Both the position numbers and the translations under genes were made by a program. Positions 1 to 11,435 of a stretch of 64,000 nucleotides of DNA are shown here, piece by piece (position 1 is the first letter of the stretch; each line of letters starts with the position of its first letter). The stretch comes from Eledone cirrhosa (taxonomy: Eukaryota), in the NCBI GenBank assembly GCA_964016885.1, contig OZ024745.1:95604001-95668000 (forward strand), read 5' to 3'. Below the pieces are notes generated by a model. It saw only the letters and a list, made by a program, of their open reading frames with translations. It ran no database searches and was not told where the DNA came from.

Positions 1-419
1 GTGTCGACCATATTTGCCAATATAGTCTGCACATTTGTTGGCAAACGGGAGAAGAATAATTGTTTCATGAAAGAGTTATCCTCTGCTGTTGAGTCGCCTA
101 TTTCCCGGATGTGCCGTAAAAACTGAGACGGGGTTCTGTCTCCCAGGTTTTCCTCCTCTAACAAAGAACGAAATCTGCTCTCAGATGAGCGGCTGTTCCG
201 TCTGAGCACTTCTGCCTTTAGGGTTTCATAAGATGTGTCTTGTGGAGGATCTGTAATTATGTCTTTAACTGAGGTTGCCAGCGAAGCAGGAATTCCATTT
301 ATAAACACATGTAATTTTTCTTGTGCTGCTTGAACGCCGTGAGCAGCAAAATACGAGTCCAGTTGGGCAAACCAGAACTTTGCATCACCAGAATATGCCG
401 GTAACGAAGAATTGCTCAT
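1..419 (-). CDS. gag: Gypsy (CsRn1/Boudicca-like) LTR retrotransposon gag, N-terminal part, runs off the left edge
   Basis: Manual minus-strand translation from ATG at 419 is open to position 1: MSNSSLPAYSGDAKFWFAQLDSYF...YETLKAEVLRR...LGDRTPSQFLRH...LFFSRLPTNVQTIL. The WFxQ, LGDRxPSQ and RLPxxV motifs are typical of this gag family. It is absent from the ORF track because there is no stop inside the window. Confidence 0.85.
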   Translation of the reverse strand, partial: MSNSSLPAYSGDAKFWFAQLDSYFAAHGVQAAQEKLHVFINGIPASLATSVKDIITDPPQDTSYETLKAEVLRRNSRSSESRFRSLLEEENLGDRTPSQFLRHIREIGDSTAEDNSFMKQLFFSRLPTNVQTILANMVD

Positions 420-710
420 GATGAACACAGTAGACGCTGAGCAAAAATTATTTTTCCTCAACTACCGCACACGTGGTAGTACCATGAATAGCTGAAGTAT
501 AATTATAGCACCGAGCAAGTAAGATGGCGACTTAAAAAGCTTGGTTGAACCGAAAACACAAGGGACAAAATTTTTTTATTTTGGTGAAGTATCTCGCTGT
601 CAACATGGTGATTTGCTTCTTCAATTTTTCTATTTTTCTTGCTCCACACGAACTGACTGAGATAAAACGAACTTTCTAGAGCCGAGAAAAATTCTTTTCT
701 GTGTCATTGT

Positions 711-843
711 TGGGGTCACCATTTTAGTGAGTTGTTTAGCAATAGTTTGTGTAGCAATAAATTGTAATAGTGTATGAAAATATGACCACTTTTAGGCGAT
801 AGTGAATAAATGGATTTGTTTTGCTGCGTGTTTGGGGTCACCA
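711..843 (-). promoter_or_regulatory. Two tRNA-Trp-type primer binding sites (TGGTGACCCCA)
   Basis: The plus strand reads tggggtcacca at 711-721 and 833-843, each followed by ttttag. A Trp PBS is characteristic of the CsRn1 clade. Confidence 0.7.
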
Positions 844-844
844 T

Positions 845-1293
845 TTTAGGGAGTTGGTCCCAGGGCTACTTACTCCAGTAAGTACCACCGGATCCCAACT
901 ACTAATTTTTAATAGAAAGAAGATATAGAACTTTCATACAATTTCTTTTTGTGAGAATTATCTCTCTCTACATTCGAAGTAATAACTGAGGCATGAAGAG
1001 TTTCTCAAAACGAGTATCAAAATAACTTGCATTTATTGTAGTCGGTGTATTACAAATGTGGTAACAAAATGTACCCCATGGCATGACAAGGTGTAATCCT
1101 GAATTATAAGATATGGTTGGAAAAAGCTTAACATATTTGTGCTCGATGCGGTCAGTTTGAGAGCTTGCCGCCAAAGAGAGGAAGATCGCTTTTGCTCTAT
1201 CTTTTATAATCCCTGGAACGGAAGTTTAAGGAATATTCTAGAAATTCAACAGGAAGTAACTCTAGCTACTTCCCTTGTCTAGAAAGCGCTACA
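845..1293 (-). mobile_element. Probable 5' LTR of the Gypsy element
   Basis: The minus strand begins TGTAG at 1293 and ends CTAAA (degenerate CTACA) directly before the PBS. It contains TATAAAA (~1205) and AATAAA (~1035) in the expected order. The partner LTR is outside the window. Confidence 0.55.
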
Positions 1294-1769
1294 CTTCTTT
1301 ATAAAAGACAACTTTCTCAAAAGTTCTAATATCCATTCCTGACAGATGGATTAAACAATGGATAGAAGTTAGATTTTCCAGCTCAAAGAAAGGTATTTTT
1401 TCAACTTATAGTATTTAAGCTAGTAGATGAATACTTTATCCATTCAGTTGTTGTATCTTTCCAAAAAAAATACAGAAGTTATTATATGTAATTTGAGAGC
1501 TTTATAACTAATATCATATGAGAAACGATACTGGATTTGATTCTTCATACACTGATAATGAAGATAGTTGTTGTCAATAGACAGTCCTAGAGTAGAAATT
1601 TTACTCATTGTTAGCTTTCTAGTAATTTTATCTTATTAACATAGGTATTTAGTGAAAAGAACACATGTATTAAGGATTAAGTCACAATGACTATTCAGGA
1701 TGTTGCAAGTACATTCTCTATATCTACATCCTGTAATAGACATCATTATATATACATATATACATGTAA

Positions 1770-1800
<31 letters not shown>

Positions 1801-1821
1801 TACAGATATATACATATATAT

Positions 1822-2170
1822 ATGGAGGCACATGGCTTAGTGGTTAGAGCATTGGCCTTGCAATCGAAAGGTTGTGAGTTCAATTCTCAGACCGGGTGAT
1901 GTGTTGTTTCCTTGAGCAAGACACTTTATTTCACATTGCTCCAGTTTACTCAGCTATAGAAATGAGATGATAGGGACTGGGGTCCCTATCATTCCACTGC
2001 AAAGTGGACGTGGAGGTGCCACGGCAAAAAAGCACCCAGCACTCACTGTAAATGAGGTTGGTGTTAGGAAGGGCATCCAGCTGTAGAAATCAAGCCAGAA
2101 TCAGTTCCCGTCCCACCCTTGCAAGCAGGGAAAAAGCGGACGTAAAATGAAATGATGATGATGATGATGA
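1822..2170 (+). mobile_element. tRNA-derived CORE-type SINE with RTE-derived tail and (GAT)n end
   Basis: A box TGGCTTAGTGG, B box GTTCAATTC, CORE-like CCTTGAGCAAGACACTTTA...CAGTTTACTCAGCT. Tail GGAAGGGCATCCAGCTGTAGAAA...GGACGTAAAA(TGA)n is shared with RTE 3' UTRs. Multiple near-identical copies occur in the window. Confidence 0.9.
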
Positions 2171-2180
2171 GATATATATC

Positions 2181-2510
2181 AATGCGCATGAACGACCAAG
2201 CATGAGAATGAAACTGTGTATAAGAGGGATAAACTGTAGTGTGTGGGAGAGAAGGCTGTGTTGGTATGGACATGTGATTTGCATGGAGGATGACTGCTGA
2301 GTAAAGAAGTGCCAAGAAATACCAGTGGAAGGAAGATGCAGTAGAGGAAGACCACAAAAACATGGGTGGAAGTGGTGAGAGCTGACCTCAGATCTTTGAA
2401 GCTCACAGAGGAGGTGACTAAGGACCGTGACAAATGGAGAGATGCTGTGCTGAAAAGGACCCATCCCACCCTTGCAAGCAAGGAAAAGTGGACGTAAAAA
2501 TGATGATGAT
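2181..2510 (+). mobile_element. Degenerate 5'-truncated RTE LINE 3' end
   Basis: Encodes ERRLxWYGHV and GRPxKTW-like C-terminal motifs with stops; ends CTTGCAAGCAAGGAAAAGTGGACGTAAAAA(TGA)n. Confidence 0.8.
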
Positions 2511-2531
2511 TATAATATATACATATATATA

Positions 2532-2687
2532 TACCATATTTCATGGCATCGAAGACGCTACCTTTTTCCTAAATTAAGTCTCAAAAATCTACCATGTCTC
2601 CTGGAGGCCGAAGGTTGTTTATCATTTTTTTTTTTTTTTTGGTTGTCAAAATTGGGGTGCATCCTCGAGGACGAAGAATCTTTGGTA
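2532..2687. mobile_element. Degenerate Tc1/mariner(pogo)-type MITE
   Basis: TACCATATTTCATGGCATCGAAGACGC at the left, and an imperfect inverted GCATCCTCGAGGACGAAG...TGGTA at the right, in TA context. Confidence 0.4.
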
Positions 2688-2719
2688 CCAGGATATATAT
2701 ATATATATATATATTTTTT

Positions 2720-2937
2720 TCTTTTCGATCGATCGACTTTCGTCAAATCAGACCGAGGAAACAATGTTTCCGTTGGTCTTTCCAGTTGCTAGTACTATTT
2801 ATCGGTCGCAACTCCAGGTAGAAGGAGCAACGTGAAATAAAGTGTCTTGCACAAGGACATAATGCATCACCCGGTCGAACTCACAACCTCAAGATTGTGA
2901 ATCCAATTCTCTAACCACTCAGCCACACACCTTCACT
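2720..2937 (-). mobile_element. tRNA/CORE SINE variant with a different 3' tail
   Basis: Same head and CORE start as 1822-2170, but continues CCTTCTACCTGGAGTTGCGACC...GAAAGACCAAC. A related copy is at 35819-35989. Confidence 0.7.
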
Positions 2938-2954
2938 ATATATATATATATATA

Positions 2955-3219
2955 TCATCATCATCATTTTACGTCCGCTTTTCCCTGCTTGCAAGGGTGG
3001 GACGGGAACTGATTCTGGCTTGATTTCTACAGCTGGATGCCCTTCCTAACACCAACCTCATTTACAGTGAGTGCTGGGTGCTTTTTTGCCGTGGCACTTC
3101 CACGACCACTTTGCAGTGGAATGATAGGGACCCCAGTCCTATCATCTCATTTCTACAGCTGAGTAAACTGGAGCAATGTGAAATAAAGTGTCTTGCTCAA
3201 GGAATCAACACATCACCCG
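2955..3219 (-). mobile_element. 5'-truncated CORE SINE with RTE tail
   Basis: Reverse complement of 1892-2170. Confidence 0.85.
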
Positions 3220-6135
3220 TTTATATATATATATATATAACCCATGTTAGCGTGGAAGATAGACATTAAATGATGATGATATATTTAAAACAAAAACAGA
3301 ATGCCGGACTTTCATGGAATTAAAATTTACAGCATATTTCAATGGCCCAGCTCCATCATCCATTTATGATGCAAATAGGATGATCTCATCAGGTAACTTC
3401 AACGGGATTACAAAATATATATATATTTACACATCCATATATATATATATATTTATACATACATGTATATACACACACACATATATATATATATCATCAT
3501 CATTATCATCACCGTTTAACGTCCATTTTTCTATGCTTGCATGGGTCAGATGAGTCGTCCACAACGAGGAACAAGTCTGACCAGAATTGGCTATGCTGTA
3601 CCTTGCTCTGACGGGATTGTAAATTTGGCTGGGGTTTTTACAGCTGGATGCTCTTCCTACAATTTACTTAAGCTCACCATAGTCAGGCTTGCCGATGTTT
3701 ATCAGTTAGGACTGCAACTTATTGAGGATGCCTTTTTGTTACTCAATTCTCATGGAACCAATTCCAAGCCATGATGATGCTAACACATGGTTGAAAGTGT
3801 CTAGGGAGCTTCAGAACACTGTCTGTAGAAGTCAGAAACCTGTTCAGAATATGTCATATAACAATTGGCAGTGGTGATTTGATGTCTTCCTGGCTATGGG
3901 CAATCAGCTGTGGTCCCACTAACCTAGGCATAATGCTGCATTGTATAGATAGTAGAAAAATACATTAAATGTATTTCTAGCCTGACTGGCATCAACACCA
4001 GCCTTTCAGAGACAAAGGACTCAATTAGATTCTTCATCAATTTAATCTTAGCATTACCATCTTGTAAAGATAGCAAGACTATAATGGATAAAGAATTATT
4101 GAAGTGCACATATATTCATTGTTGACACCTCACATCTGCTACAATATGTGTTCATAGTAAGTGAAGTCTATACAGGAAAACATGCCACAATGACCTACCT
4201 AACACTAGTGTAATTTTTGTATTGTATCAGATTGTAGATCCTCTAATAATAAACTTTTAAAACTAGGCTTGTATATTCAAACATTTAAACACTGTGTATT
4301 TAAACATTTAAAGCAAAGCTTGTGTATTTAAACATTTAAAGCCAGGCTTGTGTATCTAAAATGCTTGAGATGTTCATATTTTTAATGTAAGTATACAATG
4401 ATATATAAAATGTATAGAGAATATGTAAAATATACAAGAAATCTCTGATATTTGGGAAAATAAAATAAAGATGAAAGAATTAAGTTTTGTTTGCAAGAGA
4501 GCTTACAGCAATTGGTGAAGAACAAATTGAATACAATTTGTTGACATAAAGTGTGCAGTGTTAACTTACAAGAAAGCTGAACACAAATAATTTTAGAAAA
4601 TCACAGGCTATAAAAAGCTTTGGTTGATGTATTCAAAAGTGATAGCTATGTTGTAATGGACATAAAAATCAAAATCAGTGATGCTTGTTGAAAGCAAAAG
4701 TGATAGGATTAGATGATAAAAGACAGTTGCAGTAGAAGCAGAACAAAGACTACAGAATAATGGGCCTAACCTATTAAATAAGACATATAATCAAGGAACG
4801 TTGATGATGGTGCATGGTAGATGCATTATATTCATACCAGAATAGAAAAAAGTCTTTGAAAAAATAACAATGATAGGAATAGAGATGCTAAAAATTATTA
4901 ATGACTAGAACCTCCATACAATAATAAATGTTTATAAACCTTACAAAATTGACTGTTCTATGGTGCAGTGTGCTAATGAGATTTAATGAATAGCCAAGTT
5001 TTGACAAAACAATCTGTGAGAAAGACTCTACCAGATAGTCCTTCATCTCCATTCCCATCTATAACTGAAGACTTGGGTCTAAATTTGAGCAAACTAACCA
5101 GATCCTACTAATATTTACGACATACATCTAGTCTTCTCTGAGACATAAATCTTCCATCCTCTATGCTTCAATTTTGTCTACACTTTAAGCAAACTCTGGA
5201 AATATGTCTGACAAACTACTTTCTAAATGAGCATATCTGTATATATATTTTGTGTCAACATGTAATAATACTTTCAGTTACAGACATAATAATACTGTAA
5301 CCAGCTTCATTTACATTTTCTTACACAAAAGAGCTGTGGGGAATTCAGTTTCCTAAAAGAGCACATATGATCTATATTGGATTTTTCTTGTTAAATGGGT
5401 TGATACCAAAATTTAGAAACAATCAATGCTGGTAGCAGCATTTAAAAAGCTGGTAATCTCAGATTGCCAATATGTTCCTTAAACAAAAAAATTCAAGCAA
5501 CTATTAACGTTATTAAGTCAAACTAAATACAACTTTTAAAATCAAACAAAGAAGAGCCATACATTAAAAACGTTGATATAAAACTATAGACTGTATTTTC
5601 AGCTTCTGGCAAATTTATAGATTAGATGAAAAGTCAAAAAATAAAAGTATCTATTCTAACAAAAGACATAGTACACCAAGGAATACTACCAGCTGAAAAC
5701 AAAATAAAATGTGGGTATGTATGTATGATATAATATTGTAGCTTATAGATTACATTTGGAAATGAAAGGTAATTTATTTCTAATTATTTGTCATGTAACA
5801 CTACATACCTTGATGTTACATTGCATAAAAAATGTAAATAAAAAAAATATAATAATAATAATAATAATAATTATAATAATGATTTCATTTATTGGCCACA
5901 AGGGCCGACATATAGGGGACAATACAAAAGACTGGGACAGTGGGGTTTTACAGAAAAATCGAGTAAACAATATGAATAACAATAACATAGTAACAAGAAA
6001 ATTACAACAAGAAAAAATTCCCCAATGGGGGGATGACCACCCAGGGTTTGCTCAGGTACCCCACCAATCCTGAACGACCCGACGCTTCGAGAGCACCCTG
6101 GAAGGGCACCCCCTCTCCTCCTCAAATTTACCTAC

Positions 6136-9100
6136 CTACAGCTGCATGACCAGAGTAGGCCCACTCACACGGGCCATTCTCGCCACATTCACCCACCTTT
6201 CAGCAAATGTACTGGGGAGCAGCACTTCCCTCTCCACCCTCACCTTCCTTTCCAAGTGAAACTTGAGAAAGTTGATGAGGGATTGGCCGAAGAGAAAAGT
6301 GTCTGTCTTCAGTCCTTTTAATCTGGTCCACCATATAACCTCTTTCGCTAGTGCCACCAGACAGAGGAAAATTGCCTGCCCTTCCTGGCCAAAAGAAGGC
6401 AGCGGGTCGATCTTCACTATGGACTCGGCCGATAGCCGGATCCGTTCTACACGTGACAAGAGCTGTTCAACATAACTCCACAAGTCAGTAATGCACGGAC
6501 ACTGGACGAGTGCGTGCAGAACGGTTTCGTTGCTCTGCGCACATCTTGGGCAGGTACATCTGACAGCACTTCCATGCCTGTAGAGTTTATCTCGAACCGG
6601 CAGTGCCCCCCGGTAGCACTGCCAAGCGAGGGATTTTTGGAAATTATCCATCGTCCTCGGCTCGAAAGTCCTCCGGTACAGACTGGTTAGTTCGACTTCG
6701 TTGACTCCCAGAGCCTCTCCGAGTGCGTCATCGCACTTGCTCACCACTAATCCTCTATAGAACTCAAGAGTGGAAGTTCCACTGACTGCATTGCCCGCTT
6801 GCTAGAAGGCAGTGAGTGCCTGGCAACATTCCAGATGCCAGTCACCCAGTCTCGGTCTCTTCTTGACCCAGGACTGCAATTCAGTCAAAGAAACGAGCTG
6901 TGGAAAGGCCCGTCTGATAAACGGCGACCACACCTGTTCACCGTTTAAGCAGAATATCTGGAGATTCCGCAGCCTTAGCGCATGCCTGCGCATCATTAGC
7001 CACGGCATGCCCAACCCTCCACGAAGAGGGTGCTGGCAGCAGATGGACAGCCTCACCAGCGGAACCTGATGCCTCCTCAAGAATTTGAAGAGGAGCCGCT
7101 CCAAGATGACGAGGCGCGAACGGGGGCAAGGGACGACGATGCACACGTTCGCCACCTCTGCCCGACCTTTCAGTGATAGCTTCATCCCAGCCCATTTCTG
7201 GGTGAGACTGGCTACCCTGCCCGTCACCTCGTCCCAATTCTTATCCACCTGGAGGTCTGGCCCGAACCAAACCCCTAGCAACTTTACCGGTCCATCCGTC
7301 TAGCGCCTAACGACGCTGTTGGACGGCATGGACTTGCCTCTCCAGGAGCCGAGTTGAAGCCCACCGACTTTTCCGGGTTAAGTTTTGCTCCCGTCAACCT
7401 TTCATATAAGTTGCTCATTTTGTTCCCGTCAACCTCCAATAAGTTGCCGACCACCTCGATTTCTGAGGTGTCCGACACCATCACGGTGATGTTGTCCGCA
7501 TAAGCCAACACAGCCTTTCCGCGTCCCGGTTCGAGCGGGATGCCCTGCAACAGCTACAGCTTCCGCAGTAAAGGCTCGAGAGTCAGTAAGTGCAGAAGGG
7601 AGGAGAGAGGGCATCCTTGACGGATCGATCGGTAGACCTGAAACGGTTCCGAGAGGTGGCCATTAATTTTGACCATCGAGCAGGTGCCGCTGTTCATTGC
7701 AGCGATCCAGCTTCTGAAGACGGGGCCGAAGCCAGCCGCCTTGAGGACAGCCTCCAGGTACCGATGGTCGACCCTATCGAATGCTTTCGATTGATCTAAA
7801 TTGATCAGAGCCCCACCGAAGCCAGGTTTACACCCCACCCTCTCTATGATGTATCGCATTAGGTGGAGGTTGTCGTGTATGGACTTGGTTGGGATTGCGC
7901 AAGTTTGCGCCTCCCCAACCAAATCCCCGACGACAAGCGCCAACCTCTTCGCTAACACCTTGGCCAAAATCTTAAACGCTGTGTTGAGCAGAGTTATGGG
8001 CCTGAAATTGTCTAATGTGTCCCTCTTGTTCTCGTCTTTCCTTATCAGCGTCACTACGCCCCGGCTCACAGAACTGGGAATACACCCATTTTGCTGCCAG
8101 TTGCAGTAGAGGGCTTCGAGGAGATTGGAGAACAAGTCTGGCATATTTACGTAAAGCTCGTAGGGCAGACCATCCAAACCGGGTGACTTGCGCCTCATGC
8201 AGCTGACAAGGGCATCCTGAATCTCGGCTGAAGTAATTGGCCTTTCGCAGCGCCCAGCGTCAGCCATCGAGAGTTATGGCAAGCCATCGAGGTAGGGACT
8301 GAAGTCCGCCACCATCTCTGACCCGCCACTTCCCCCGAACAACCAAGCAAAATGTTGGCGAAAGGCCTCACACATCCACTTGGAATCGCTCAGCTCGTGT
8401 CCGTCTCGGTCCGTTAAAGACCGAATCGTGGTTTTATCACCACGCTGCACCTCTGCCACGCGGGCCCATCGAACAGCTTTGGTTCCCTCGTTTCTCAGAG
8501 CACGCACCTTAGCTCTGACAATGCAACCTTCGTGTTTCGCATTGAAGAAATGGTCTATTGCCATTCTCGCCACTAGCACGTCAGTTGCAATGCCACTACC
8601 AATAGCCTTGTTTAACTTATCTACCAACTCCCCCTCCTTTCTATTTTTCTCTAACACTACTTCTTTGCTAAACTCTATCGACATTACTCTAATCTCTCTT
8701 TTGAGAGCCACCCACCATCTATTGTTGACGACTCCCCCTGTCAACCTTTTCTTAACTAAATTGTTGACCTGGTCCCTGTAAGCCTTACGTGCCAGAAATG
8801 ACATGTTTAGCTTCCAGTAACCAGGTCCTAACCTACGCGTCTTATCTAGGTCGACCATACAGATCACAAACTTTTGATCTGAATAGGCGACCATTTCAAA
8901 ATGTGGACAGCTTACACTATTTCTGTCTATTTTCCTAATGAATATCCTGACTATATATGATCTAGATGACCCTATGCGGTTAGCCCAGGCCCACACTGGC
9001 GCATTAGAGAAATCTAGTCGGTACCTGTCAGACAGTTGGAACTGGCTGATCAGGTTCTTGAGGCTTTTGCACCCCCCACTCCTATCGGATACTCCCACAC

Positions 9101-9554
9101 AGTCCCAGCGTGCGTCTAAGATGCCGTTCCAGTCCCCCGCTAACAGTAAAGGGCGAGACGTACCCAGAAAGGCTTCCAGATGTCTAAAGAAATCCGGCCG
9201 TCCTGCCCCAGTAGGAGTATAGACGGCCACCAGTCTAAAGGTACCACCTTCGTTATTGTTCACATCCAGGAGCACCAACTTCCCATCCGGGTCCCGGAAG
9301 ATTGACCTTACCTCGAGATCCAGGCCTTTCCTAAACAGCTCTGCCACCCCGCCTCTCATTCCCGGCTGGCTAACAGATGCAAAGATATGATAGTCGTCGA
9401 AAATGGGGGCTAGTGCGTGCGTGTCGGAAATCCTGGTCTCGCTGACTGCAATTACATCCATTTCTAGAGACCTGAGGCCGTTGAGCAGGTGACCCTGCTT
9501 CCAGGACGATCCCAGGCCTCGAACATTTAAACATCCTACTCTTAATACGGCTAT
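6136..9554 (-). pseudogene. Tx1 ORF2 (APE endonuclease + reverse transcriptase + zinc finger), disrupted
   Basis: Motifs LNVRG, SET, GDWN, WKLN, KSPGLDG, FRPITLLN, DQSKAFDRVDH, QGCPLS, YAD(N), GGLG, CPRC..ETVLHALVQC. Start is ATG>ATA; stops at 8274 and 7554 plus frameshifts. Confidence 0.9.
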
Positions 9555-9590
9555 GTTGGCAAGTTAAAAAGAGAGAGAGGAAAGGTTTAC

Positions 9591-11435
9591 TTACCTTCCG
9601 GGCTCTTGTGAAGGTCGGGTTGTTTGACCTCCATAGTTGGTGGGGTTTCTTTTGCGAACCCCTTTAAAAGTCTTGAAGTTGGTTTTACGTTCGGTGTTCC
9701 CACGTCCTAAGGAAAGCTGTCTCGTATTTCTTTGTATAATTTGATCGACATTCGCACCAGAACCAAATCTTCCAGCACGCGAAATGTGCTCCATTTAAAA
9801 ATTTCCCCCTCTTTTTGTATATTTTCACGAGGGCCATCAGTTCCTTGTTGGCCCTCCTGACGAGCATGAAGTTTTGTATGTTTTGTTGGTGTGATTTTAT
9901 TTGTTTGCGTGGCTGTGGTGGTGATGGTTTTGGTGGTGTTGTTTTGGTTGTGTCTGTGTTTGTTGTGAGTGCGGTGTCTGTGGTTTCAGATGTTTGTGTG
10001 TATATTTGTTCTTGCGTCTGTTTAGGTTGTTTGCGTTTGGATGGTGATGGTGGTGTTGATGTTGGTGTTATTGGAGAGATGTTTGTGTGGGTGGTATCTG
10101 GGTTTTTTTATTGTGGGTGATTTTGTGCTTTGTTGAGTTTTTTTTTCTTTTTGTGTTTACTTTTTTGTATTTTGGGGGATTTTGGTTTTCCCTCATCTTC
10201 ACTACTGGTAGATGAGGGGTCTCTGTCTGTAAGTGTGTCTGTATGTATGTTTATGGTTTTATTGGTGTGTGTATTTTTTGGGGGAGGGGAATTTGATAGC
10301 TTTCCTCTTTTCCCCCCTGGGTGGTCAATGTTAGTGGTGGTCTTCCTATTGGTGTTGTTGGTGGTTTTGCCGGTGCTGGTGTTGGTTGTGGTCCTCGCCC
10401 CAGCGTCAGCAGTAGTGGAGCCTTTCAACCCCTTGCCTCTTTCAGCAGTAGAGGGCAGAAGGCTCGCAAATGGGTTTTTTCCACACAAACAAAACACTAC
10501 GGCCTTTTGCCTTCGGTTATAATGTGAATGACCGTCCCATTCTGAAGGCGGATGTGGTTCGGGATTGTCTTCACATTCTCGGGCCTGATCTGGAGAAGGA
10601 TCTCCAGGTCAACCCCGGACCAGTCCTCTCTGGCCGTTCTGGTCACTTCTATAGGGACGGTATCCATCCCCTCCACAATCGCACATCCCAGAAACCACCA
10701 CATGTCAAGTCCTGGTGGGATTCTGGGAATGCGGAGACGGGCCGTTCTTTTTCCCATGTGAGAGGGGTACATTATGACCTTGCTGGTTTTGCAAGGATTC
10801 ATAGCTTGTTTCTTAGCGAGGGCTTCTGACTTGAACAACACCGAAATGGTGCCATACTGTCTTCCCCTCTTTATGTATTCGGTGTCTTCTCTGATGCACC
10901 TCAGCGCGACTTCGACATCTTGTGGGATTAAAGCTGCCCTTTTGGTTTGTGCTGAGATGCATCTATAATGCACCGTTCTGCGCTCCACTGCCTCAATAGC
11001 TTCTATCGGGACAGTTAAGTTGGCCCAGGTTTGCTCTTGCTTGATGAGCTTCCATGCCTGGGCCAACTTTTCATCTTTGTTTGAGAGGTCCATGTTGAAG
11101 CTTGGCCTCTTTTTTGCTGCTGCCGCAGCGAAAGTGTTCTTGTTTTCGTAGGGGGTGTTGTTGTTGGTGTTGTTGTTATCACTGTCGCTGTTATCATTGT
11201 TGTCTTTGTTGCCATCGTTGTTCTTGGTGCAGTTGGTATTGTTGCTGTTGGTGTTGTCGCTATTTGTTTTCATGTTAGTGGTGTTGATATTGTTGTTGCA
11301 TTTGTTTTGTTTTTTTTTATCTGTATTTTCGTTGTTGTTGTTACTGTCCTTTTTTTCAAAATTAGAGTTCTCATTGATATCTTTGTTTACATTGTTTGTG
11401 GTGGCGTTTGTGTTATCAATTTGTGTTAATTTCAC
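9591..11435 (-). pseudogene. Tx1 ORF1 (Asn-rich N-terminus, RRM-like middle, CCHC knuckle, Thr/Lys-rich tail), disrupted
   Basis: 312-aa ORF ending EGKRP*. Reading through the TAG at 10497 gives CFVCVEKTHLRAFC (CX2CX4HX4C). Confidence 0.75.

Noticed and set aside
1822-1895. tRNA-like sequences with A and B boxes (also 28252, 51769, 53249)
   Set aside because: Acceptor and anticodon stems do not pair and each continues into a CORE body; these are SINE heads, not tRNA genes.
3670-3930. Possible ancient CRE-like remnant (ASSWL...GILNK on the minus strand)
   Set aside because: Too degenerate to support by eye; needs a translated profile search.
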